This document shows positions 11,966 to 23,299 of a DNA stretch of 64,000 bases, in pieces. Under the pieces are notes generated by a model that saw only the letters and a program-made list of their open reading frames with translations, had not been told where the DNA came from and ran no database searches. The first letter of the stretch is position 1. Each line of letters opens with the position of its first letter. Both the position numbers and the translations under genes were made by a program. This DNA is from Macrostomum hystrix (lineage: Eukaryota; Animalia; Platyhelminthes). Location of the stretch: assembly GCA_950097015.1 (NCBI GenBank), contig CATNEN010000012.1, forward strand, positions 3,753,632 to 3,817,631, given 5' to 3'.

Positions 11966-14567
11966 ATGGGTGGCGACAAGAAAAAGAAGAAGCAGCACCG
12001 CGAAGTCGAGACAGCAGAGTCCTTGGGAGAAATTCACGCTTCTGAGAACTTTGTCATTCAGCCATCTGAGCGAGTTGCTAGTCTCGACGCCTCTCAGTGG
12101 CCAATTCTGTTAAAGAACTTTGACAAGCTCAATGTTCGCACCAATCACTACACGCCGTTGCCCTTTGGCTGCTGTCCTCTTAAGCGTCCTATTAAAGACT
12201 ACGTTTCGTAAGTGATTTTGCTTATGAAATTCGACAGAAATGCTTTTTAAAACAGTCTTAAAGTTCATCTTTTAATTAATTTCCCCCATAGGTCTGGCAT
12301 GATCAACCTGGACAAACCCAGCAATCCCAGCTCGCATGAGGTTGTGTCCTGGGTAAAGCAGATTCTCAAAGTTGATAAAACTGGACACAGCGGCACTCTA
12401 GATCCCAAGGTCACCGGCTGCCTGATTGTGTGCATTGGTCGGGCTACGCGCCTAGTTAAAAGTCAACAGTCTGCTGGCAAAGAGTACGTAGCCATTTTCA
12501 AGCTTCACTCGCTAGTTAAAGACGAGAAAAAACTGCTGTCGGCTGTCGAGACCCTGACTGGAGCTTTGTTCCAGCGGCCGCCTTTGATCTCGTCTGTGAA
12601 GCGCCAACTGCGCATTCGCACTGTTTATAAATCTAAGCTGCTCGAGTACAATGACCGGAGAGGAATCGGTAAGGGGCGAAACACATTATTCTACGTCTAG
12701 TTTTTAATTCATACATTAGTGCTATTTTAGTAGTTTCTGATGCATTTTATGTTATATCAGGCTTTGTTAAGCTGAGACCCTAATGAGTCCGCTACAATAT
12801 ATTTTGTCAGGTATCCTCTGGCTAGACTGCGAAGCTGGCACCTACGTCCGCACACTGTGCGTGCATCTCGGCCTACTTCTAGGCGTTGGCGGCCAGATGA
12901 TCGAACTGCGTCGAGTGCGATCCGGCCTGCACAAGGAGAAAGTGAGTTTTCGGTTGATTTTTTATTTTAAATATGTCCTAAATTTATGGAGGAATGGAGG
13001 TTAGACCTAAAATATTTTTCTGACAATAAATTTAACAGGACAACCTAGTCACAATGCACGATGTACTGGACGCCCAGTGGATGTATGAGAATCACAAAGA
13101 CGAGACCTACCTGCGTCGCGCTATTCGGCCTCTGGAGTGCCTGCTAACTGGGCACAAGCGTGTCTTTGTCAAAGACAGCGCCGTCAATGCTGTCTGCTAC
13201 GGCGCCAGGATTCTGCTGCCCGGTGTGCTGCGTTACGAGGATGGCATCTCCATTGGCGAGGAGATCGTCATTTGCACTACCAAGGGCGAAGCTATTTGCA
13301 TTGGTGAGCAAAGATATCACTTGGAAATAACCAGCTTTGTCTATGGGTTTGTCCATCTACTTTTAGTATTATTCCTGTACCTAAACTAACTCACTTTAAG
13401 CTGTTTAAGCTCATTGGTTAGAGCGTAGGACTCATGACTTAAGGGTCGGGAGTTTGGATGCACAACTAGCATCCAAATATTGTTAGTAAGCTAATTGATA
13501 TCTACTACACTGAAATAATAATATTATTAGCTGCAGCTACGGGCAATGGCACATTATTTGGAGGCAATTCTGCCCACTGAGCACATGCACTCAGATACTG
13601 TACACAGGCACTAGCCAGATATTTAAAAAGGATGATCTCCAACGTGTACTGAGCCGCATTTCATTTGCGACACTTATGACTATCAAAAGAAACGATACCT
13701 GACCTTAGCCTGATGTATTCATTTTGCAGCATCAAAATATTGTTAGTAAGCTAATTGTTACGCATGTTTTGTGACACTTGAAAAATCTAGCCATCGCCCA
13801 GATGACAACGGCCGTAATGGCCTCCTGCGATCACGGCATGGTGGCCAAATCCAAGCGAGTCATCATGGAGCGTGACACCTATCCGCGCAAATGGGGCCTC
13901 GGCAACCGGGCTGTTGAGAAGAAGAAACTGATTGCAGCCGGCCTGCTAGGCAAGTTTGGCAAGCCTAACGACAAGACGCCTAAGGAGTGGCTGCAGCAGT
14001 GCCCGCCGCTTGACCAGTCGGCCTCAGCCAAGTGAGTTGCAGATTCTCTTAAGTTTTTTTTCTTCGATAAAAAATCGATACTGTGACGAGCAACGTTATT
14101 CTGTTCTTTTTTTTCCAATTTTCCCTTAACAAACCTGTACTGTTTCTGAAGTGACTCAGCTTGACTCAACTGTCTCGTTTTTATCGGGGTTAGTTATGAT
14201 TATGATCTTAGCAACTATTATCAACAGTCGGTGCTCATTTTACTATCTAGTGTCTCTGAATTGCTCCGACGGAGTTAATTATGAGAAAAAATATTCCATG
14301 TTGCTCGCTATTTTCAGACCCTCCTCCAAGAACAATGAGGCATCGGCTGTCACTTCGCCTGTGGCCACGCCGTCGAAGGTACAAATAATAGTTTTGTTGT
14401 GTGTTTTTTACACTAAGTTGTATGTAAAATCAAAAATGCTATTCTGCGTAAGTTAGAAAATTGTTCATAGTAATTCTAGTTGCACTTCGTTGTTTTCGCA
14501 GAAGGCCGCCAAGCCAGCTCCTCCGCCTTCGTCATCATCTAGTTCCGAATCGTCTGATTCCGATTGA
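11966..14567 (+). CDS. DKC1: Dyskerin / H/ACA RNP pseudouridine synthase (Cbf5)
   Basis: Exons 11966-12207, 12292-12668, 12811-12941, 13039-13303, 13791-14031, 14318-14378, 14502-14567 (GT-AG, phases consistent). Motifs [15 protein letters not shown], catalytic [25 protein letters not shown] domain, [12 protein letters not shown]. Confidence 0.96.
13400..13470 (+). pseudogene. Degenerate tRNA-Met(CAT)-like sequence in DKC1 intron 4
   Basis: Perfect D-arm GCTC-ATTGGTTA-GAGC, anticodon loop CTCATGA, partial acceptor pairing GCTGTT/AACTAGC; anticodon stem and T-arm damaged. Confidence 0.5.
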
Positions 14568-14644
14568 CAGCGGAGAAAACAGTTTAGAACTAGGTAAGAG
14601 CTGTACTGCTTTGCTTTAATAATACTGTTGACATTGTTGTCAAT

Positions 14645-14701
14645 ATGATGCTTTAAAATGTCTGATCTGAATCACAAATGTGGAATCAAACTTATAACTG
14701 A
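14645..14701 (+). ncRNA. Candidate C/D box snoRNA (target unassigned) in intron 14594-14786
   Basis: ATGATGC (C-like) ... CTGA (14662 or 14667) ... CTGA 14698-14701; 57 nt C-to-D, the same size as the two U27-like copies; D box 85 nt upstream of the 3' splice site. Confidence 0.4.
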
Positions 14702-15658
14702 TACCATAAATGATTTTGTGAAGCTACTCTGCCACGCGCTGTATTTTTTTCTTCTATAAAATTGATTTCTCTGTTTTCCATTTCAGAATACGTGGCATCA
14801 GAATTCAGAATTCTTGATGCCAATAGAAGCAAATTGCATCAAGAAAGTGAGCAGTGTCTCTGTACATTTTTCCTGCTGGTGTCGGTAGACTCAATTTCAC
14901 CCTTGTTAAATCGTATTTTCGGAACGTAGATCCGGATCTTATTAGGCCATTATTTTATCTTCAGTTATACGACTGTTCTTTGCTTGAAAGCAATTGATAT
15001 ATGCAATTAAGACTCCTTTTAATAATTGATCAGTCAATGCTTCTTAATCCCTGCGTTGTAGTTTATGATTATAACATGTTATGTATGAGTTAGTGAGTAT
15101 ATCAAATTTATATACTAGTTCAGTTGCTCCAGCTGGTGTTCAGAAACAACTTTTTGTGCTCATTTCGGCGCGTTATCTTTTTGAAGCTTAAAAAGCCAAA
15201 TGTTAATCAGACCGGCTGTTGTTTGCATTTTTGTTTAAAAAAAGATGGCCTTGATAATCGAATAAATGAAACTGTTAGCTGCAGGGCCGCTGTGCCCAGC
15301 TAAGATTTATTTGTCTTGGCCTCTTGTGTTCGGGATAAAAAAACGACTGTGTTACATCTTGCGCTTGCTTCTTTTTGGTTTCAAAGGCTCCATCCGGTAT
15401 AGTAAACTTAGTAGGAAATTATACGTCATTTTGAAATTATATTTCCGATAATAATTCTGCAGCTTTCTTTTACAGTCAATTTACTTGGAATAGGATATTG
15501 CTGAAGTGCTTCTTTAATAAAGTCTGTATGAGAACAGACAGCTGCATACTTATTTATGGTAAGCACCTTGCACTAATTGTCTTTTGTTACGTAACCTATG
15601 TAACCTAAACTATAATTAAACAACATAAAAATGTCTGCTAAAAAAAGTAGTGATTTTT

Positions 15659-15716
15659 ATGATGATAATTAGACAAGCATATATCTGAAATTCTATGTAG
15701 ATTAAAACATCTCTGA
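15659..15716 (+). ncRNA. SNORD27: C/D box snoRNA, U27/snR74-like (18S Am27/28 guide), copy 1
   Basis: C box ATGATGA 15659-15665; guide AGACAAGCATAT then D' CTGA 15685-15688; D box CTGA 15713-15716. Guide is complementary to conserved 18S ATATGCTTGTCT. Lies in intron 15559-15799, 83 nt from the 3' splice site. Confidence 0.85.
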
Positions 15717-15899
15717 TTTAATTTTTAATGGGGGATAGGATCTGTACAATCAGTGTAAGACTATTGTTTCTGATATATTCTTGTTTTCTTGTCTTTTAGG
15801 TCATCCTTAACTGTTGAATCGCATCCGTACTCAACTTATTTCAACTTTTAGCGCGTAAGTTCTGTTCTTATGCTTTTTTTGTTTTAATAAGCATATTTT

Positions 15900-15956
15900 G
15901 TGATGATAATTGACAAGCATATATCTGAAATGGATGTTGATTAATTTACTGTCTGA
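15900..15956 (+). ncRNA. SNORD27: C/D box snoRNA, U27/snR74-like, copy 2
   Basis: C box GTGATGA 15900-15906; same guide GACAAGCATATAT + D' CTGA 15925-15928; D box 15953-15956; intron 15855-16034, 78 nt from the 3' splice site. Confidence 0.85.
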
Positions 15957-17788
15957 AAGTCTTACCGAAAGTTCACTCACTACAAATCTGAAAACATACT
16001 TTTACTACTAACTTTCACGCTTCATCCTTTTTAGGCTTAACTGCGGACTGAATGTTGGTCGGAATTCGAATTCTAGTCTTGTTTGACCAATCAATAGCTA
16101 GTTGGACTATTAATACTTGTACATAGTTAATATGGTAAGAACCTTTTTTTGGCCTGTTGATTAAAACTACTTCATATAACTTTTAGTTATCTTACGATAA
16201 ATATTTTACTATAGTATTTTACCTAAAATGTTTTAGACTACTTGTATTAAGCAAAAAGGTTGGTTACATAATAATAAAGTCGGATGATAGCAGTCAGAAT
16301 TATGGCACGATCAAGTTGCACACAAACATTTTATGTTCGATATCTAAGCTGCTCATATATCATAAATGTTTTTTACGCAAGCTGTATACAATCATTTAAT
16401 GCTCGCTTTAAGAAAGGAGGCAGACTAGCTTCTTTCAGACATTGTTATAAAGATGGCCCTAAATAGTTGCGCTTTGTTGTATGGCTTTTATTTAAGCTTA
16501 AAAGCTGTAGTTCAAGGCGAAGTCTTGCACTCAGGCCACGACAGGCCAGTCCACTTTAAAAGGATTTTTAAAGCGGTGTGCAGCTCAATTGGCTCGAACT
16601 CTTTTTATTGTCTGGCTGGTTGTTCAGGCAAATGCATATTCAGGTGTACTAAATGTGTCTTACAGTATTAAGGAAATCTAACTTAACATGTAATTTCGAC
16701 GCATACATGAGCAACGTTAAATGCAAAAAATGGACAATGAAATTATTTGCTAAAACTGTTACTAGACCCACAATTCTAATTCCACATTTTTAATTGGCAT
16801 ACTTGTGGAGGCCAGTCCATTGGAGGCAGGCATAGAAGTATCTATAATATACTTATTGTTGTTTGCCAGTCACACGTATCAACTAACTTAAAATTGCCCT
16901 CGTGCAATAATTAGCTCGAGGCGGGCGGTCGCACCGTGGGAAGTTAGAAATAAAAGCGACTGATAAAAAACGAGAGAATAACATGCAAGACTAGTTAAAT
17001 GGCTAGCCTGCTAACTCAGATGAATGCTATAAGATGGCTTGGAGCTAGGAAAAATCATAGAAACAGATCTTCGTACATCTCCACTCGTTCGAGTTGAAAA
17101 GAAATGGACAAAAAGCAAATGGGTTTAGTTTTCAATAGACGAAAAAATATGCTGCTCTCTTAATGGTCTATTTTGCCCTAGCTTATCTACAGCGCCAAAA
17201 TCTTGGCCCTAAGAATTGAAGATGCGACTGAAACTGTTCTTTTCTTTGGAACTATCTATTCTTTGCAACGGTCCTAGCTGTTTGCAAAAAAAACAATGCA
17301 CGATCTCACTAACCCAGACCTCACAAGCAAGTTCTTTATCAGTCCTTAGGAATTCGAGTGTTTAATTGCTAGCTGCCAGTTTGCATTAAGGCATAGCTAG
17401 TAAAAAGACCACAAGACGCTATTTCTTCACACGAGATTGTGACTACGCATTTGCAAAGTATTTGCTATGCATTTTTCTTTCAGTCCGTTTGTCTCACGGG
17501 TGTCCTGCAACCTCACTCCATCTTCCTAGTAGACAAAATTTGCCAGTCAGCGAATTGGAGTCCTGGGCCAGGTGTCCTACGTGACGAGCCAATGGCTGCG
17601 TCATTGTTGCTTGCGCTCTCATTGGATGCACCGCATAAATTAATAAGTATACGCTAGCCGACACGACTGGAGTACGATCAAAAAACCTTTACAAGCGCAC
17701 TAGCAACGTTATTACAGAAAAGCCGAACGCACGGCTTTGAAATTTTTCGTGCCTGATTATTGTGGGACCCGGAACTATCCTTTCCTAA

Positions 17789-19000
17789 ATGCCGGTAGGC
17801 CGGTACAAGCATGTTTCATCGCGCTTCCAGCAGTGGCGCATCCTTCCACCTGATTGTAAGTCTTGGATAGAGCGTCGGGATCAGGAACTACCAGCAGATG
17901 CTGCTCCAACTGCTTCCAATGCTTCAGCGGCTGCTGCGTCAGCATCTGCGACTGCATCTGTTTCTGCCACAGGCCGCCTGGGCGATCTCCCGGTAAACGT
18001 GACACAGGAACGACTCTACCAAAGTCGCCTTTTTGATTTGGCTAGGGAGCGACACAAAATGATTCAGGAGAGCGATTTTGTACGCAACCAGTTTATTGAC
18101 CATCAGGTGCGCAAAGCTAGATCAAAGTCACTTGGTCGACTATTACAAGGTCTTGATATTGAACAATATCGTAACAAGAGTGCTAGCGGAGTTGAAAAGC
18201 TGCACCAGCGATCTGCGCATGCCAAGCTAATGATTCTAGCTAACCGGCTTCTAGGTCTGAGCATTGATGAGGTGAGCAAGTTTAGCGAAGCAGAGCTGCG
18301 GCAACGATTAAACATTTCTGCATCCGGCACTCAGGATGAAACGGTACCAGAGTTAATCACTGCGCCTCCGCCGACAGCTCCACTTCCACCACTCCACGAA
18401 AACCAGCAGCAGCCACAGCGGCCATCCACATCGCGGACGCAGGTTTTGAACCCAACTGGTTGGATGGACCAGTCATTGCCATCATCATCTCGGCCTGGGA
18501 GCCGTCGACCTGGCTCCACTGGACGCAACGCTTTTGCACCCGCATTTGCCGCTGGATTACCCGGTGTTGCTGGCACTCCTGACCGGTATCATAACAGGCG
18601 CCAGTCTAGTAGCTATAGGGCGCGCGTATCTATCGCTGCTGGGGCGACAGGCCAGTCTTCGCCGGATCGTCGACCACGGACCGCGTCCGCCAGGCGTCGT
18701 GTACAATCAGACCCGCGTTGCGTCCAGCTAATCAACACCCTGACGCCGCGTTATAAGCCTGTTGGCAAGCCGCAAGATGTTAGTGCAATCATCCGGGCCA
18801 ATCCCTCCCTGTTCCAGCCGGCTGAGCGAAGCAGTGATCAAGATGAAGCACAGCAACAGCTGCAGCAGTCCATGCAACATTTGCAGCAGAGACAAAAAGC
18901 AGCAAAGGGAAGACGAACCCGGCGTGAAGCATTGGAGATGCTAGATAACATTGTCAGGACACGGTATTATGAAGCTGGAAACCTGGCTAGCCTTGGCTGA
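17789..19000 (+). CDS. Intronless hypothetical protein, 403 aa
   Basis: 1212-nt ATG-to-stop ORF, GC-richer than flanks; helical N-terminal block, R/S/P-rich low-complexity middle, Q-rich C-terminus; no family recognised. Confidence 0.7.
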   Translation: MPVGRYKHVSSRFQQWRILPPDCKSWIERRDQELPADAAPTASNASAAAASASATASVSATGRLGDLPVNVTQERLYQSRLFDLARERHKMIQESDFVRNQFIDHQVRKARSKSLGRLLQGLDIEQYRNKSASGVEKLHQRSAHAKLMILANRLLGLSIDEVSKFSEAELRQRLNISASGTQDETVPELITAPPPTAPLPPLHENQQQPQRPSTSRTQVLNPTGWMDQSLPSSSRPGSRRPGSTGRNAFAPAFAAGLPGVAGTPDRYHNRRQSSSYRARVSIAAGATGQSSPDRRPRTASARRRVQSDPRCVQLINTLTPRYKPVGKPQDVSAIIRANPSLFQPAERSSDQDEAQQQLQQSMQHLQQRQKAAKGRRTRREALEMLDNIVRTRYYEAGNLASLG

Positions 19001-20575
19001 AGGAAAATTTCGACGAAGGAAAGTCAGCGATCGTTATCGTTGACCGGCAGAGTTTGTTTGTGTGCTGCTTATTATAAAATAATCAGATTTAGATTTGAAA
19101 ATCTTTATCTGCATCCTGCTCTGCTATTTTTGCTATTACTTTCTGTGCATGATTACTGTGTGTGTGCGTCCCAACTGTATAAGATGATATGACTTCTGAC
19201 CTCCGTTAGTCTCAGCTTCAGCTCAGCAGAAGTCTCTAGCTGTTTCCTTGCCAAATTATTTCTAATTTTGTGTGAATCATGAATTCAGTACAGTATCGTA
19301 GGTATTTTTGTTTTTGTCGTTCTTCTACGTGTTTTACTAATGAATCTGCATAATTTTATTAAGATTTGATGTGTGTGCCATAAATGAGAATTTGCTTGTG
19401 GTTTTTTACACCTCAGTTTCATTTGATTGTCCAGCGCCTCTGATATAAGTGTCATATTTTTGGTAGTTGTGTTAGTTGCACACGAAATAGATCTTAAAAC
19501 TCAATTCGCCTTCTTTAAAAAAAGCGTTTGTATCGACTCAAGCATACATTAAATGTGAATGTTTTATGAAACGCTACATACTGCTAGTATATTGCTCGTA
19601 TAATCTAAAACAGTAAAACGTGGTTAAGGCTTTGAACTAGCGCGCGAAAAATATAGGTTAATTTTCTAATGCGACTACTTCTCTACTAAGTAGGATTAGT
19701 AGGATAAAGGTTTTCGTTTCTAACCAACAACTGACGATAACCCGAAGTTAAATATCCAAAATTTAAGCCGCCGCTTTTCATGGTTAGAAATCGAGACTTT
19801 CTAATTATATTAGCTATTAAGCACAAGCTTATATAAAAAATTGCCCTTACAAATTAACCCAGATCCCGACCCCGAACTAACCCCAGCGTCAAAAACTAGA
19901 ATAAAATTGCGTCTTAGATTACTAGTCAGTTAAAATTTCATTTGTTAGTACTCTTACTCCGGTGTCATACACCATATACTGTACGAATTCCGCCGTTGGA
20001 GTCTAAACTCAAAAGTTGATAGTTTTTTAAACAATTTTTGAAATATTGTGTGCAATCTAGCTATCTGATAAAATATTGCATGCTGCTGGTTTATCAGAAT
20101 GTACAATCTGACGTAAACGGTGCCTTTGTACCTGTGCCTGCAATTGTATTCTGTGGCTAAGCAGGAATAAAACCTTGGCTTTCAGCTATCTCTGGCCCGT
20201 GTAAACAAGCACACACCAACAAACTGGATCTCAGCTCATATCGCCAGAATGTTAAGACAAGCCAAGTGTGCATTTTTATCTTATTTTGGCAGGAAAGTAA
20301 ATGAATCAGAGGTTGAGAGACTAGATGGTCGGTTTAAGCGAAGACTTGGTGACTTTGCACATATACTTTTTGAAAAGTCGCAGAGTTTGGCTGTAGCACA
20401 CAAAAAGCGAGTACAGTTCGCGTCACATCCTTGTAGATAGCACAGCACGCAGGTAAAATTAGTGTAGAATGCGCTTCTGATCGCGATATAAAGCCACATA
20501 GTAACGAAGACGATTTGAGGGCCCGTGTAGTTCACAAAATTAAACAAATAATCTGAAACTCAAGCCGGCGACTAA

Positions 20576-23299
20576 ATGGGTCAATGTCTTGTCAGCCTAC
20601 TTGGCAGAAGAAATCAAGGTTCGTCGGCATATCGGCAAGAGAGCCATGACAACATTAACATGGAGCCTACAGTGCGCGTGAAAACTCTCTACGAGTACAG
20701 CGCCCAGACACCCGGCGACCTGTCGTTTAAGGAAGGCGAAACCCTCATTCTGGAGCGCGAGGATATCGATGGGTGGTGGTGGTGCCGCAGCAGTGCTGGT
20801 GAATCTGGCTTCGTGCCCTCCAACTTTGTGCAGCGACTCGACCTCGGTCCGGAGTCTTTGCCTTGTTGGTTCAACGTTGACCGTCATGAGGCAATGAGCA
20901 ACTTGCTGATGCCTGGCTACAAACCGGGGACTTACCTGTTACGGCCATGCCACCAGCAGAAGAATTTGGCAAAGTATACGCTAAGCGTTCGAGCCGAAGT
21001 TTCTAACGAATCTGGTCAAATGCGACCGACTGTAAGCCACTATATGGTGAAGACGAAAGACAACGGCGGCTACTACATTACGCCGAAAAATACCTTTGAT
21101 GACATGCAACAGCTATTGGAGTTTTACCAGATGCCGAATTGTGGCCTTACAGTGCCGCTCATCATGCCTTGTCCGAAGGTGTGGGTTCCACCGGCTTCGT
21201 TCCGCGAATTTGAGGTGGAACGTGACCGCATTACACTAAAGGAGAAGCTTGGCAACGGATCGTTTGGAGAGGTACAGTAAATAAGATTTTCTCGAGGTTA
21301 ATTGCGCTTTGCCACGACAGTAGAAAGACCAGGCTATTTTTCCCCTGGGGAAAGACCACGCACTGCCTACTTCACGATAGCTCCGAAACCATATTAACGA
21401 TTTTTTGTGAAATTGCGTCATATGGTTAAAACATTTCCGCTCTTTACGATGAACAAATTTCAAAGCCGTCCGACATCAGCATCGTCGAGATATTCAGCGA
21501 TTATTTTCGACGACCCTGGTGACAAGGATAACAGCCGATATGGTTACATGATGAAATTTTGTGAGCAGAAAAAGCATGCCTATATTGGCTGTTTTGCCAC
21601 CAGACACCCCGATGTTTTGTGATTTTTTAGTTTCAACGAATAGAGCGGAACATTTTAGCCCGTGTTCAGGATTTTTATGACGATTGGTCGAATATTTAGG
21701 GAGATACAGAAACGAAAAATGTGGGTATTAGAAATACCCCCGTGGTCTCTCTACTGTTATAATGGGGCTGATATTGTTAAACTGAGTTTTACACCTTGAT
21801 TTTGTTTACATCCTACCCTATACTAAATCATATACTAAAGCCTAGAACTTCGTACAACGAACGAACTTCGTTGGAAAAGGACAGTTGGAGAGACTCGAAA
21901 ACCTGAAGAAGGCCTACTCTTCAATTTGGTCCTGATGGTGTCTTGTACAGCTCAAAATGGCAGAGTATGGAACACCCTTCCAGCACTGTGTGCTAGCTGT
22001 TGCTTCGTAATCACTTTAGTGAAACAAAATCATCGGAAAATGTTGAGACGACTGGGGCCTATTATCAATGCAAGCTATTCCATAGGTGACTCGGGCGTGG
22101 TTAGAGAGTGCATTATAAGGTCTTTATCTTTCACTGAAACTACTACAGCTGCATGCGCCTGTAGCTTCTGGTTGCCGTTTTATCTTTTAACATTTTGCAG
22201 AATTTTCTTAGACGACAGATAGCTATACTTCGCTAAGGTTGAAAATTGCTCTAACTGTAATTTTTATGGTACGTTTTTCACCCATAATCAGGTGCAAGCA
22301 AATTTCATAGGGAAAAAAAGAATAAGCAACAGAACCCTTAAAATGCAGATTGAAGGCTTCATGCGGTGTGTACTAAAAATAACAGCTTTATAATATTTTC
22401 GTGCTCTGACTTTTTTATTCAATGACCTTTTATTTAATTTAAAACAAAAGAGTTCTCTATAACCAATGAACTGTCCAGGAAAATCTATCGCCTACGCTTT
22501 ATCCACTAATTTGCAGGTGTTCAAAGCCCAGCTTGGGAAGGTGCAGGAAGTGGCCGTGAAGATCATGACCGAAGGTGCCATGCGCAAGGAGGAGTTTCTC
22601 AGCGAGGGTCGGACTCTGCACAAGCTACATCATCCGAAGATTGTGCAACTGCTGGGCGTCTGCACCAAGGACGACCCAATCTACATTATCACCGAGTTCA
22701 TGCCGAACGGTGACCTTAAGAAGTACTTGGTGAAGGACCGGGAGATCGGAAAGGTCAATTTCGAGGCCATGGTTGCGATGCTGAGTCAGATCGCTGATGG
22801 AATGGAGTACCTGGAAAATAAGGGTTTCATCCATCGCGATTTGAGAGCTGCAAACATTCTCGTCGGCCACAACAATGTTGTCAAGGTGGCCGACTTTGGA
22901 CTGAGCAAGTACCTTGACGAAGACATCTACCTCCAAGCTACGGTGGAGAACAAATTTCCTATTAGATGGACAGCGCCAGAGGCTGCTAGATCACCGACCA
23001 TGTTCAGCATTAAGTCAGACGTCTGGTCGTATGGCGTACTGATCTACGAGGTTGTCACCAAAGGCGCCACTCCTTATCCCAACCTGGGGAACCGTGAGAT
23101 CATTGACAAAGTGGGCGATGGAAACTATCGCATGCCGAATCCCAGGTCTTTGGGCAACGAGAATGACGACCACATGTACGCAGTGATGCTGGACTGCTGG
23201 AGGGCTACGCCTGCGGACAGACCGACTTTTGCCACTCTGAAGGACATTTTCACGAGCTACAGAACTGAATTTGAGAAGCAGTATTCGCAGAACGAATGA
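20576..23299 (+). CDS. Src-family non-receptor tyrosine kinase (SH3-SH2-kinase), 492 aa
   Basis: Exons 20576-21271 and 22517-23299 (phase 0). MGQC myristoylation/palmitoylation start, SH3 (LYEYSA..GWW..GFVPSNFV), SH2, GNGSFG, VAVK, HRDLRAAN, DFG, activation-loop Tyr (DEDIY), C-tail Tyr (KQYSQNE). Confidence 0.95.

Larger units (their letters stand above)
14787..16134 (+). ncRNA. Non-coding exons (DKC1 3' UTR extension or separate snoRNA host gene)
   Basis: Short ORF-less exons bounded by strong splice sites: 14787-14846, 15476-15558, 15800-15854, 16035-16134 (donors GTGAGC, GTAAGC, GTAAGT, GTAAGA). Confidence 0.6.

Noticed and set aside
21900-21940. CTGAAGAAGGCC, possible second hammerhead
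   Set aside because: No closing stem II or GAAA follows.
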